Shown: positions 1 through 10,276 of the stretch, piece after piece
Layout: each line of letters opens with the position of its first letter
Position numbering within the stretch: the stretch's first letter is position 1
NCBI GenBank assembly: GCA_038891615.1
Contig: JAWADY010000001.1
Coordinates: 1 to 64,000 of the forward strand
Source of the DNA: Candidatus Woesearchaeota archaeon
Lineage (GTDB): Archaea > Nanobdellota > Nanobdellia > Woesearchaeales > ARS49
Direction: 5' to 3'
DNA length: 64,000 nucleotides
The notes under the pieces: generated by a model
What the model was told of the DNA's origin: nothing
The model's database searches: none
The model's input: only the letters and a program-made list of their open reading frames with translations
Position numbers and translations under genes: made by a program

Positions 1-16
1 TGTCCATAGCAATTAT

Positions 17-3000
17 GTGTGGCAGGGAATTGGTATATTCGGCGTTGCTGGTTACGCACATGCAACAATACTCAACAACACCCTCTTCAATAACAAACAT
101 GGAATACTAATCTCAAACAGCGTAGGTAGCCCAACAAGCGGATACAGAATCATAGAAAACAACATCACAAACAACACATTTGGAGGATTTTCAGGCAGCG
201 GAATTTTCATTGAAGGCGCAGACGCAACAAACCTTGTCAGTGATGTCTTGATTGAAAACAACACAGTAACAAGCAATGCTTACGGAATCTTCATTAACAA
301 AAACACACAAAACAGCACCATACGCAACAATTCAATCACAAAAAGCACATTCATAACAGAAGGAGGAACAGGAATACTTGTTTTCAGACCCAGCGCGCTT
401 GGCGCTGAACAAAACCCACGCAACATCAAAATAGAAAACAACAGAATTACAAGCAACGAAAGAACAGGCATCAGCATAATTCGCGGAACTTCTGTATCAG
501 TGTTCAATAATGGTGTTGAAAACAACAACGGCACAGGTATTTTTATCAATTTTGGGAATTCAGCATCCGTAATTGGCAATATTGTTACTGCACCGACTCT
601 GCCACCAGCCGCAGATGGCATTTTTGTAGGTAACAGTAACTTCACGACCATAGCAAGCAACACCGTATCAGGATTTAAAGGAACATTTATGGCTGGGATA
701 AGCGTTGGAATGAACAGCTTTTTTGCACTCGTAACTCAAAACATACTGTTCAACAATAACAGGGGCATTGAAAATTTCCAGAATTCCTTCAATAACATAA
801 CAAACAACAACATCTTTGACAACTTGGGAATAGGCGTACTTGTTGAGGACTCCCATAACAATATTGTAAGTGCAAACACTGTAACGAACAGTCCAAGCTC
901 AAGTGCTTTCACCGGTGCAGCAGGTATTCGAGTTTCAACATTTGCGACTCCAAGTTCCAACAATAACATTGTTGAGAATAATGTGGTAACAGAAGGTTTT
1001 GGAAAGGGAATTGATTCTTTTTCCTCAAATGGGTTGATAATCAAAGGCAACACGGTGAGTAACAAGGAGAGGCGGGCAATAGAAGTCTCAAGTGCCAGAG
1101 GTGTAGTAATTCAGAATAATATTCTAACAAACAATGGCAGGATTGGTGGCAGGGGAATACTTGTCTTTAACACTCCGGACCATGTGCTTGTTGAGGGAAA
1201 CACTGTGACGGGGCACAGGAGGACTGATGGAGGATTCTCGCCTGGAATTGATGTTCAATCAGTCGGCTCGGCAACAATAAGGAACAACAATGTCAACAGT
1301 AATAATAGAGGGATATTTGTTTCAGGCCTAATTGGCGGCGCAACAATCGAAGAAAATACTCTAAACAGCAACGACCTAAATGGCATAGAGACTTTTGTTG
1401 CGAGCAACATTGTTGTGCGCAATAACGTCATAAGAGGTAATGTATCAATAGCAGGCAATAAGGGTATTTTCATGCAGATTGGTGATAGCAACATAATTGC
1501 GAACAACAGCGTACTTGACAATGGATTAGAAGGAATATTTGTTTTTGGAAACTCTACAAATCCGTTCTCCAATTTCTTGATAGAAGGAAACCACCTTTCA
1601 GGAAACAACAGAGGAATTTTTGTTTTCAGCTTTTCATCTGATGGAACTATTCGCGGAAACACTGTGGCCAACAATTCCTTGCGCTTTGGTTCTTCAGGTT
1701 TGGGGATAGTCGTAAACGGAATCGCAGTTGCTGAGAGGCCCGCGAGGATACTTGTTGAGGGCAATTCAGTCTCACGAAATACTGATGATGGAATACATGT
1801 GAACGGAGGAACAGATGTAACAATACGGTCAAACAATGTCTTTGATGGAACAGCCGATGGCGCCCGAGGGATAAGAGTCCTCAATGCGGTCAATACACTT
1901 CTTGAGAACAACACAATAACAGGCACAAAGCGTGGCATTCTCGTCTCAAGTCCTGCGATTGTACGCGGAAACTCTTTAACCAATCTTTTTACTATAAGTC
2001 CATTCCTTGCCTTTGGAATAGCCGTAACAGGAGCAGAAGCTGCTGGAACGATTATTGAGAACAATACAATAACAGCCACTGATTTTGGAATCCTATCGTT
2101 CAATTCTCCCAACGTGGCTGTGAAGAAAAACACAGTCATCAACGCAGCAACAGTTGGTCTTTCGGCTGATGGTTCAAATTTGAACACTTTTGAGAGTAAT
2201 ACCGTTAGTGGATCTGGTGACGGGTTACAGGCGGCTGGGTTTCTGAGTGGCGCTGGAAGCAATGACTTAGTTGCACTAAATAATGTGATAACTTCGGGCA
2301 ACAGAGGTATTTTACTGGCAAATGGCTCAACACGTGCAAGAATTGAAGGAAACAGAATTTCAGGAATGTCGCTGGCTGGTGCTTCGCTTGAGGGAGCTCC
2401 TGGAAACAGTTTGCTTAGAAATGACATTTCAAGCTCAAACATAAACGTCAAGCTGACTGACAGTCCAAACACAAGTATTTTAGAGAACAACATAACAAGT
2501 GGTTCAGTAGGAGTATTGATATCCAATAGCACAAGCGGTCTCGCGTTCTCGCGCAATAATTTGGTAGGTAATACTAAACAGATTGAATCAGACGCTGCAG
2601 TGGAGCTAAGCGTGGCAGGGGTCGGAAACTTCTGGGGCAGGACAACTGGGCAGTGTTTTATTCCCGGCACAGACAGCAATCGGGCAGATGTAACTGACAG
2701 CTTCTGCTTCTTTGCTCCAGTTACTTTCTTTATAGACACTGACAACGATGGAATAGAAGAGCCTATTGATGTTCTGCCAACAACATTTTCAAACGATTTT
2801 AGTGATGTTCCACTTGGCAATGGAGGGAGCACAAGTGGAACAATAACGGATAGGGCTGGACTGGGCTGGACAGTGTTTGAGCTGCCAAACCCTGCCGGAG
2901 TCAGGATAAAGGTTGGCGGCACAGGAAAGGGAAAGGTTAATGCTTGTGGCAGGGAAATTCTTGTGAATGCACCTGCACAGTTTGTTGTAAAGTGTTCAAA

Positions 3001-5137
3001 CCTCGATATTACGGTAGAGGCTGGAAGCGTGGAGCTTCCGCTGGTGGTGCAAACACCAACAATTGGAACAAGAAGCTACACTTCACGACTGCCTGAAGGT
3101 TCCAGAGCAGTGTATGTTACTGAAACAATTGCGCCTGGAAACGAGGAGGTCGCAATAAGCCAGATTGCTGGAAGTAGCGAGCTTTTCATTGATGGGATAA
3201 AGATTCATGAGCCATTGTCAGGCGAGACGGCCAAGCTCGGCGACCGCGATGCTGACGGGATTGAGAGCCTGCTTGACATTAACCGCGATTCAGGTTTTGT
3301 GGATACAAGCGCAGTCTTTAGTGACAAGTGGTCAAATGAGCGGCTTAGGACAGATGGAGTTCTAGGCACAAGCTTTGGAAGAATTGTTGAACGTGGTGGA
3401 TTAACAGCAACAGCCTCGACAGCTGCAAATCGCTTTGTAAGAATTGCAGCATCAGGAGCTGGAACTGGAATTGCACAGAGCAGGATTTGCCATGAGAACT
3501 TGCTGATAAAGTTGAGGGCTGGTGAGAGTGTGGACAAGCGGTGCGGAAGTGTTGACATAAAAGTCGTGGCCGGCCAGCCAGAGGTTGTTACAGAACTTGC
3601 TGATGCAAATGTAAGCTCAATTCTAAGTTCTGATGCACAGATTGTATTTAATGTTTTGATTCCTACAGAAGTGACCATCACAGTAATTTCAGGAACAGTG
3701 GCCTCAGCAGTCCAGACAACAGAGGTTTCAGTAGTTCAGACAGTGCCTTCGACAGTGACAATCGCAACAGAAACAGATCCTTCAACAGGGACAATTACTG
3801 TTGTGCCAACGGTTGAGAATGGTACAGCGACTATTGTTCAGGCGGGCCAGGAGACAACTGTTGGGGCTGGCCAGAGTGCAACTTTGTTTGACCAATGCCC
3901 TGGGATTGATGGTCGTGCGTTGTATAATGGTTGTCCTTTTGCTGACAGGAACATCGTAAGTTTGCATGTTATTGATCAGGCAAAGTCAGGAGCCTGTCCA
4001 GGCGGTGCCGGGAGTTGCAAGTTCCCGATTGCAGGAGCAAGCATAAGGGTGTTTGACAGGAATAGGCTTGCTGGTTTGACTATTATTGGTCTTGACGGCG
4101 GCGCTATTACCCTGACAAAGAATCCTTCTGGTTCTTTGTATGATGATATTTTTGAGTCGGATGTTGCTAATTCTGTTGCAAAGTCTAGCTTCTGTACAAC
4201 TGACAGCTTTGGAAGTTGCTATGCTGGTGAACGGGTTGTTGGGGATTATCTTGTGATTGTGAAGTATGTTGATGGTCAGACAGGCAGGATTGTCTACACA
4301 GGTTTGCCAAAGTCAGCTTCTGACTTTGTTGATAGTGATGGTGATACAATTGTCGATCTTGCAACAAAGGACTTCCAGATAATGAAGACAATAAGGAGGG
4401 ATGGAAGCGTACAGGTTCTTGGAGGCTCCAAGGTTGTCGTAAGGGGAAGCGTGTTGGAAGTTCTTTATCCGATTGAGGCTGTCTGGGATGTTGTTGCATC
4501 ACAATTCTTATATCCATTCATTTTCATTTCTGACAGCAGCTGGTCTGTTGATGTTTGTGCCGAGGTGCCTGTTGGTTATTCAGTGGTTGGTGCGTATGAT
4601 GAGTTTGGGAATTTAATTAGTGAAGGGGGTTGTACGCATGCTTTTGTTGCAGGCCAGACAAAGGTGGTTGCTTTTGATGTTGCCAAGACAGGAAGCCCGT
4701 CCACATTCGATGTTGGATTTAATCTAAAAGCTCGTGGTCCAGATGGCAAGGTGCAGGCAATAGGCTTAAAGGTTGCCAGCAAGCGCACAACAGTAGAGAG
4801 CATGGTTGCTGCTGCTGACAGACAAACCAAGGGCATCGAACAGGCTCTTGCAAAGTTTGATGCGCAGATAGCCGGCATTGGAAGGCCGGCTGTTGTAGAA
4901 ACTCCACCTGATCCTCTGGATGCTGCAGTGCAAAGAACATTAAAAGCAAGGGCAAAAGTTCAGCCAAAAATTCCAGAACCGGCCAAGACAAGAGGCAAGG
5001 GTGCCCCTGTGGCAACTGGCGCGATAACTGATTTCTCAAAAAACAATCCGATGAATTCAGATTCTATGTTAGCATTATTCGTTCTGTTTTTGGTTGCGCT
5101 CATTGTCTACCTTTTGCTCATTAGACGGAAGAGATAG
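17..5137 (+). CDS. Giant cell-surface protein: parallel beta-helix (NosD/CASH-like) repeats, two DxDxDG-initiated Cys-paired domains, C-terminal TM anchor; probably 5'-truncated by the window edge
   Basis: ~880 aa of Asn-ladder repeats (IENNTVTSN..GI); DTDNDG and DRDADG motifs; DQCP..NGCP; ends MLALFVLFLVALIVYLLLIRRKR; no signal peptide at the apparent start. Confidence 0.85.
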   Translation: MWQGIGIFGVAGYAHATILNNTLFNNKHGILISNSVGSPTSGYRIIENNITNNTFGGFSGSGIFIEGADATNLVSDVLIENNTVTSNAYGIFINKNTQNSTIRNNSITKSTFITEGGTGILVFRPSALGAEQNPRNIKIENNRITSNERTGISIIRGTSVSVFNNGVENNNGTGIFINFGNSASVIGNIVTAPTLPPAADGIFVGNSNFTTIASNTVSGFKGTFMAGISVGMNSFFALVTQNILFNNNRGIENFQNSFNNITNNNIFDNLGIGVLVEDSHNNIVSANTVTNSPSSSAFTGAAGIRVSTFATPSSNNNIVENNVVTEGFGKGIDSFSSNGLIIKGNTVSNKERRAIEVSSARGVVIQNNILTNNGRIGGRGILVFNTPDHVLVEGNTVTGHRRTDGGFSPGIDVQSVGSATIRNNNVNSNNRGIFVSGLIGGATIEENTLNSNDLNGIETFVASNIVVRNNVIRGNVSIAGNKGIFMQIGDSNIIANNSVLDNGLEGIFVFGNSTNPFSNFLIEGNHLSGNNRGIFVFSFSSDGTIRGNTVANNSLRFGSSGLGIVVNGIAVAERPARILVEGNSVSRNTDDGIHVNGGTDVTIRSNNVFDGTADGARGIRVLNAVNTLLENNTITGTKRGILVSSPAIVRGNSLTNLFTISPFLAFGIAVTGAEAAGTIIENNTITATDFGILSFNSPNVAVKKNTVINAATVGLSADGSNLNTFESNTVSGSGDGLQAAGFLSGAGSNDLVALNNVITSGNRGILLANGSTRARIEGNRISGMSLAGASLEGAPGNSLLRNDISSSNINVKLTDSPNTSILENNITSGSVGVLISNSTSGLAFSRNNLVGNTKQIESDAAVELSVAGVGNFWGRTTGQCFIPGTDSNRADVTDSFCFFAPVTFFIDTDNDGIEEPIDVLPTTFSNDFSDVPLGNGGSTSGTITDRAGLGWTVFELPNPAGVRIKVGGTGKGKVNACGREILVNAPAQFVVKCSNLDITVEAGSVELPLVVQTPTIGTRSYTSRLPEGSRAVYVTETIAPGNEEVAISQIAGSSELFIDGIKIHEPLSGETAKLGDRDADGIESLLDINRDSGFVDTSAVFSDKWSNERLRTDGVLGTSFGRIVERGGLTATASTAANRFVRIAASGAGTGIAQSRICHENLLIKLRAGESVDKRCGSVDIKVVAGQPEVVTELADANVSSILSSDAQIVFNVLIPTEVTITVISGTVASAVQTTEVSVVQTVPSTVTIATETDPSTGTITVVPTVENGTATIVQAGQETTVGAGQSATLFDQCPGIDGRALYNGCPFADRNIVSLHVIDQAKSGACPGGAGSCKFPIAGASIRVFDRNRLAGLTIIGLDGGAITLTKNPSGSLYDDIFESDVANSVAKSSFCTTDSFGSCYAGERVVGDYLVIVKYVDGQTGRIVYTGLPKSASDFVDSDGDTIVDLATKDFQIMKTIRRDGSVQVLGGSKVVVRGSVLEVLYPIEAVWDVVASQFLYPFIFISDSSWSVDVCAEVPVGYSVVGAYDEFGNLISEGGCTHAFVAGQTKVVAFDVAKTGSPSTFDVGFNLKARGPDGKVQAIGLKVASKRTTVESMVAAADRQTKGIEQALAKFDAQIAGIGRPAVVETPPDPLDAAVQRTLKARAKVQPKIPEPAKTRGKGAPVATGAITDFSKNNPMNSDSMLALFVLFLVALIVYLLLIRRKR

Positions 5138-5146
5138 GTTCTTTTT

Positions 5147-5272
5147 GTGAAAACAACATCAAACAAAGCAGTGGCTGCAAGAACCATTCAAGCCCTTCCA
5201 GATTCTTTAGATGCTGCGGCGCAGTGCACAGCAAAAGCAAGAATGCAGGTGCAGCCAAATTATTTGGTCTAA
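5147..5272 (+). pseudogene. Short relic ORF (41 aa) paralogous to the C-terminal stalk of the upstream surface protein
   Basis: Translates VKTTSNKAVAARTIQALPDSLDAAAQCTAKARMQVQPNYLV, versus PDPLDAAVQRTLKARAKVQPK encoded at ~4907-4969. Confidence 0.55.
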
Positions 5273-5360
5273 AGCTTCCTTTAGCCATCTCATTTTCTTC
5301 ATTTATACTTAACCCGCAAATTCAAAAAATTTATAAATCCTTTTGGCTGATTTTCTTGAA

Positions 5361-5591
5361 ATGAAAAGTATAAAAGAACTCAAAGAATGCCCTGACTGTA
5401 GTTCTGGAGATGTTATTTATGATGCAAAACGAGAGCAGCTCATTTGCAGAAGTTGCGGTTTAATTTTTGAGCCATTGCTACCTGAAGTAGAAAAAAAATT
5501 TAGAGAAAGCCATAAAATCCTTGAACCAAAAAAATCAGCAAAAAAGACAAAAAGAAAAGGAAAGAAAAAACAGCAAAAAAGAAGAGTTTGA
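5361..5591 (+). CDS. Small TFIIB-type zinc-ribbon protein with Lys-rich tail
   Basis: CPDC-x17-CRSCG; TTTATAAA ~25 nt upstream of ATG 5361. Confidence 0.75.
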   Translation: MKSIKELKECPDCSSGDVIYDAKREQLICRSCGLIFEPLLPEVEKKFRESHKILEPKKSAKKTKRKGKKKQQKRRV

Positions 5592-5659
5592 TTGGACAGC
5601 AAGAATTTACTTAGCACTGCTAATGTAAGCTGGGAATAGCCAACATTAAGTTTGAAAAA

Positions 5660-6637
5660 TCACCAAGTTATTTCAACTTCGTCGCTTCTTTCGTATGGTC
5701 GGATGTCTGCGGCTTCAGGCTTAAGCCTCTCACCCGCTTTGTGCTGAAGCCATCCCTGCCATGCAATCATCGCACCATTGTCCATTGCGTATTCAAGGGG
5801 CACGGCGTAAAAGCGCGCACCCCTTTCCTTGCACATTATTTCAAGCATCTCACAAAGCCTTTTATTTGCAGCAACACCACCAATTAGAAGAAGTTCTTCT
5901 TTTCCAGTGTGTGCCATTGCGCGTTCTGAAACTTCTGCAAGCATTGCAAAACAAACTTCTTGCAAGCTAAAGCAAAGATCTTGTAGGCTTGCTTTTCCTG
6001 CTTTGAGCAGCCTAGTTGCCTTTGTAACAATGCCTGCAAAACTGACATCCATTCCTTTAACAGAATAAGGCAGCTCAACTAGGCGTCCGCCTTTTGCTAG
6101 CTCTTCAATCCTTGGTCCTCCGGGAAAACCTAGGCCTGCCTCTCGTGCAAACTTATCAAGGGCATTTCCTAAACCTATGTCGAGTGTTTCTCCAAATATT
6201 CTGAAGCGTCTTCCCGTTGCTGCAATCACTTGAGTATTAACACCTGAAACATAAAGGTAGACAGGATTTTTTGCACCTGTCATGAGTTCTCCGATTGTTA
6301 GGTGGGCAACGCAGTGATTTACGCCAATTATTGGAATATTTCGCTCAGATGCAAGTTTCTTAGTAAGCTCCATTCCAACCCGCAAGCATGGAGGTAAGCC
6401 AGGGCCATGTGCGTATGCCAAAAGCCCTATGTCTTCAATTCGCAGTTTTGCTTTTGTTAGAGCTTCTGAAATAATTTTAGCAGCAACCTCTCTGTGGTGC
6501 TGTGCGACAATGTTAGGGATTAAGCCACCTTCGCGTGTCGTGAAAACAGACTTTTGATTAGCTAGAATTTTTCCTTCGCTGCTAACTATGCCTGCTCCGA
6601 AAGTATGCGCAGTACTTTCAACACCAAGGACATACAT
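5660..6637 (-). CDS. kae1: tRNA t6A37 threonylcarbamoyltransferase Kae1 (KEOPS)
   Basis: LGVESTAHT, GPGLPPCL, VNHCVAH, GETLDIGLGNALDK, GGVAAN, DNGAMIA. Confidence 0.97.
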   Translation of the reverse strand: MYVLGVESTAHTFGAGIVSSEGKILANQKSVFTTREGGLIPNIVAQHHREVAAKIISEALTKAKLRIEDIGLLAYAHGPGLPPCLRVGMELTKKLASERNIPIIGVNHCVAHLTIGELMTGAKNPVYLYVSGVNTQVIAATGRRFRIFGETLDIGLGNALDKFAREAGLGFPGGPRIEELAKGGRLVELPYSVKGMDVSFAGIVTKATRLLKAGKASLQDLCFSLQEVCFAMLAEVSERAMAHTGKEELLLIGGVAANKRLCEMLEIMCKERGARFYAVPLEYAMDNGAMIAWQGWLQHKAGERLKPEAADIRPYERSDEVEITW

Positions 6638-6818
6638 TGTTCGGATTGTTCTTCTAACTCCTTATAAATATTTTGTAGCTTAGAAAAATGACCGTTCAAC
6701 TCGTTTGTTTCACAGCGTCGCATGTAATGCCTTTTGTGAATGATTAAATTTTAATTAGGTAATCAGAGAAAGCTTGAGTGGCGCTTTAATTTCTTTTCAA
6801 ATGAAAATAATAGAAAAA

Positions 6819-9784
6819 ACCGTGCGGCAGGAAGTTTGTTAGAGCGGACTGTTGGGGGACGCATGCTGAGGCTCTCGTTACCTTGAGCCTTACACACCGT
6901 CTCCATCAAACCCGTCTTCTACGGGTGTCCTATGATGCCTCATCTCGAGGAGGGTTTCGTCCTTAGATGCTTTCAGGACTTATCCCTTATGGCGTGGCTG
7001 CCCAGCTTAATGCCCTGTCGGACAGCTGGTTGACTAGAGGCCACGAACGCCAGTTCCTCTCGTACTATGGCGTCCTTCCCCTCAGGCATCACGCAGTTCC
7101 AGTGGATAGTACACCAACTGCCTCACAGCGTTGTGAACCCAGCTAACGATCCCTTTTGATAGGTGAACTCCCTCACCCTTGGATGCTTCTGCACACCCAG
7201 GATAGGAAGAGCCGACGTCGATGTAGCAAGCCGCGCCGTCGATGTGAACTCTCGGGCGCGACGACTCTGTTATCCCCGAGGTAACTTTTCGGTCATCCCC
7301 GGCCCCCATCAAGGAGGACACGGAGGTTCGCTAGGCCAAGCTTTCGCTCTTGGAATCCTTCTTGGTCAGATTCCAATCAGGCCGGCTTATGCCCTTGCAC
7401 TCCACACCCGATTTCTGACCGGGTTGAGCCGACCTTTGGGCCCTGACGATATCCTTTCATCAGGGTGCCACCCCAGCCGAACTGTCTGCCAACAGTTGTC
7501 CCGTTGGTTTTTCCAACGGTTAGCAGCACAAGTGGTGAAGGGTGGTGTTACACTTTTGTCTCAGGCACAACCTGACGGCAGTGCCCTCAAGCGACTCCCA
7601 CCTACTCTATACGACAACACTCGCACCGCAGCTGCAGGCTACAGTAAAGTTCTACGGGGTCTTCACTTCCTACTGGAACTCTCTGGCCTTTGCACCAGAA
7701 AGGGGGTTCGGGGGCTTCCGACTGGGGACAGCGACAACCTCGTTACGCCCTTCATGCACGTCACCATTCAGATGACAAGGCATTTCGCTACCTTAAGAAA
7801 GTCATAGTTACTTCCGCCGTTTACCGGTCCTTGCACCCCTTGAAAAGGGTATTCGGATACCGGCACTGGGCAGACGTCACCGGCTATACATAGCCTTTCG
7901 GCTTGGCAGCCAGTTGTGTTTTTGTTAAACAGTCGGGCCGTCCTTGCCACTGCGCCCTGCGCTCGCCAGGCACAAGACCCACAAGCGCAGGGATCCCTTC
8001 TACCGAAGGTACGGGACTAATTTGCCGAGTTCCCTCAGCCGGATTAACACCCTCACACCTTAGGCTTCTCACCTAGGGGCACCAGTGCTGGTTCTTGGTA
8101 CGGTTGCCCGGCGTCCTTCCCTGTTCCCTTTTCATGGGCTCCAGGCATCGGCGGGACAACCCAAAGGGCTGCTATTCAAGGCTTTCATCCTGTTCTCGCC
8201 ATTACGGCACTCCCAGGATGTATGCCTTTTAACGCAGACGACAATCTGCGCCCACCTAGCCAAAAGCGTCAGGAACAGGGCTTGCGTTGCCGCACGTAGC
8301 CGGGCAGTACTGGAATATTAACCAGTTGCCCTTTCTCCACTGCACCAGTTGGGTGGTGGATTAGGACCGACTAACCCTTGGCTGATCTACATTGCCAAGG
8401 AACCCTTGCCCTTTCGGCGGCGGAGACTCTCACTCCGCTAAGATCCTACTAGCACCAGGATTCTCATTCCTGAACGGTCCATGCCTTCTTTCGAAGACAC
8501 TTCTGCCCGAACAGGACGCCTGCCTATCACTCACCTTTTGGGTGGTCTGCAGTATCGGCAGCTGGATTAGCCCCGTCCATTTTCGGGACCCACAGCCTTG
8601 ACGGGTAAGCTGTTACGCACTTTTTAACGGATGGCTGCTTCTAAGCCTACCGCCCCGCTGTCTCTGGCTGTGGACACCCTTCCTCCTTTCACACTTATCC
8701 AGCGTTTAGGGGCCTTAACTGCAGTCTGGGTTGTTCCCCTTTCGGAAACCGACCTTACGCCGGCTCCCCGTCTCCCGAGGTCTACGAGGCAACAACCTTC
8801 GGAGTTAGACAAGGGACTGATCCCTTTCGGAACCCACATCCCAAATCTGTGACTCTACAGCTGTTGCACTCTCGCTCGAGGCTTGACTGCGGCCAACTTC
8901 GGCAGGTACCAGCTATCACCGGTCTCGATTGGCTTTTCACCCCTAATCCAAGGTCAGAGGAACGGGTGCATCCAGAACCCCTACAGGCCTCCACCGGGTT
9001 TTACCCCGGCTTCACCTTGCCCTGGATTAGCTCGACCGGTTTCGGGTCGCATCCGCGTGACTCCGGGCACGTTAATACCCAGCCCCTCACAGCTAATGCT
9101 GTTGCGTGCTTTTCGCTTTCGCTGCGGATCCCTCCTGAGTAGGAGTTATCCTCGCCACCCAGATGCACTCCCTGGCACGTTATTCTAAACGGACGGCAGA
9201 ACACCATAGTGCCCTGCCAGACTATCCTTGTCAGGTTTCAGGCTCTTTTCACTCCCTGTCACGGGTTCTTTTCAACTTTCCCTCACGGTACTAGTTTGCT
9301 ATCGGACTTCGAACGTATTTAGAGTTGGATGTTGATGCCACCCATCTTCCTGCCCCATTTCCGAGGGACAGTACTCTGGACTTGGTACCTTGTCCACCTC
9401 AGTTGCCCCTACGGGACTATCACCCTCTATGGTGCTCCATTCCAGGAGACTTTGGGTTCCCAAGGCCGGACTTTAAAACGGCACGGTCCAAACCCCACAT
9501 CTGGAAATGCTTACGCATTCCCATTCGGTTTGCTCTGAGCGGTTTTCAGTCGCCCTTACTAACCGCATCACAATTGTTTTCTTTTCCTGCGGGTACTAAG
9601 ACGTTTCAGTTCCCCGCGTTCCCCGACCTTTCGGTCTTTAAGGGAAGTCCCATTCGGAGATCTCCGGTTCAACACCTGCATACGGTTCGCCGGAGCTTAA
9701 CGCAGTTAGCCACGTCCTTCGTCGGCGCTCGAAGCCTAGTCATCCACCTGACAAGTGGATCTAACGCCCTTTCTGCCGCACGGT
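6819..9784 (-). repeat. 23S processing stem: inverted repeat 6819-6842 / 9761-9784
   Basis: ACCGTGCGGCAG (6819-6830) is the exact reverse complement of CTGCCGCACGGT (9773-9784); further pairing GTTAG/CTAAC. Confidence 0.8.
6831..9772 (-). rRNA. rrl: 23S rRNA (ends approximate)
   Basis: Conserved LSU motifs on minus strand (GGGGATAACAG, GAAGACCCCG, CTTAAGGTAGCGAAAT, AGTACGAGAGGAAC sarcin-ricin loop); flanked by an inverted repeat. Confidence 0.97.
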
Positions 9785-9946
9785 CTCATCAACATCAGTC
9801 GCCAGTGCTTTTCGCGTTACTAGGCTGTTTGCCTGTAACGCTACTGATGTCTCACCGATAATTGTTCGCAAGGCTCATGCTTGCGAACAACTGAAAGCTT
9901 ACTGTTTGGGCCTTTGCAGTTAGCCCATGACTTTTTCAGTATGCAA

Positions 9947-10066
9947 TGGACCCGTCGGGAAACTCGACGCTGGCAAGACGCCAGTCGCCCAACGTCTTGA
10001 AGACGTTCTCGAACCCGATGCCTCCACCGTGCAAGGGTGGCGCTCTACCAGATGAGCTACGGGCCC
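9947..10066 (-). tRNA. tRNA-Ala(TGC) in the 16S-23S spacer with 47-nt BHB intron in the T-loop (59/60; intron 9961-10007)
   Basis: Acceptor GGGCCCG/CGGGTCC-A with G3:U70; anticodon arm CCACC-CT-TGC-AC-GGTGG; splicing restores GGGTTCGAGTCCC, 73 nt mature. Confidence 0.93.
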
Positions 10067-10231
10067 ATGAGCATTAGATATGATAAAGAGTGCAGGCAAG
10101 CCAGTTTAAAAAAATAGGAGGTGATCCATCCGCAGGTTCCCCTACGGATACCTTGTGACGACTTAACCCACCTCACCGAACAAAGGTTCGGATTGGCCAA
10201 GCAGCCAATACTCACCCAAGCCCGGCTCGGT

Positions 10232-10276
<45 letters not shown>

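Noticed and set aside
1255-2922. 555-aa antisense ORF and other shadow ORFs within the surface protein and S-layer genes
   Set aside because: Antisense to repeat-rich genes whose codon bias suppresses stops; no motifs or SD
6831-9772. Possible introns in 23S
   Set aside because: Length of ~2.94 kb is normal and the conserved motifs I checked read continuously; small inserts cannot be fully excluded
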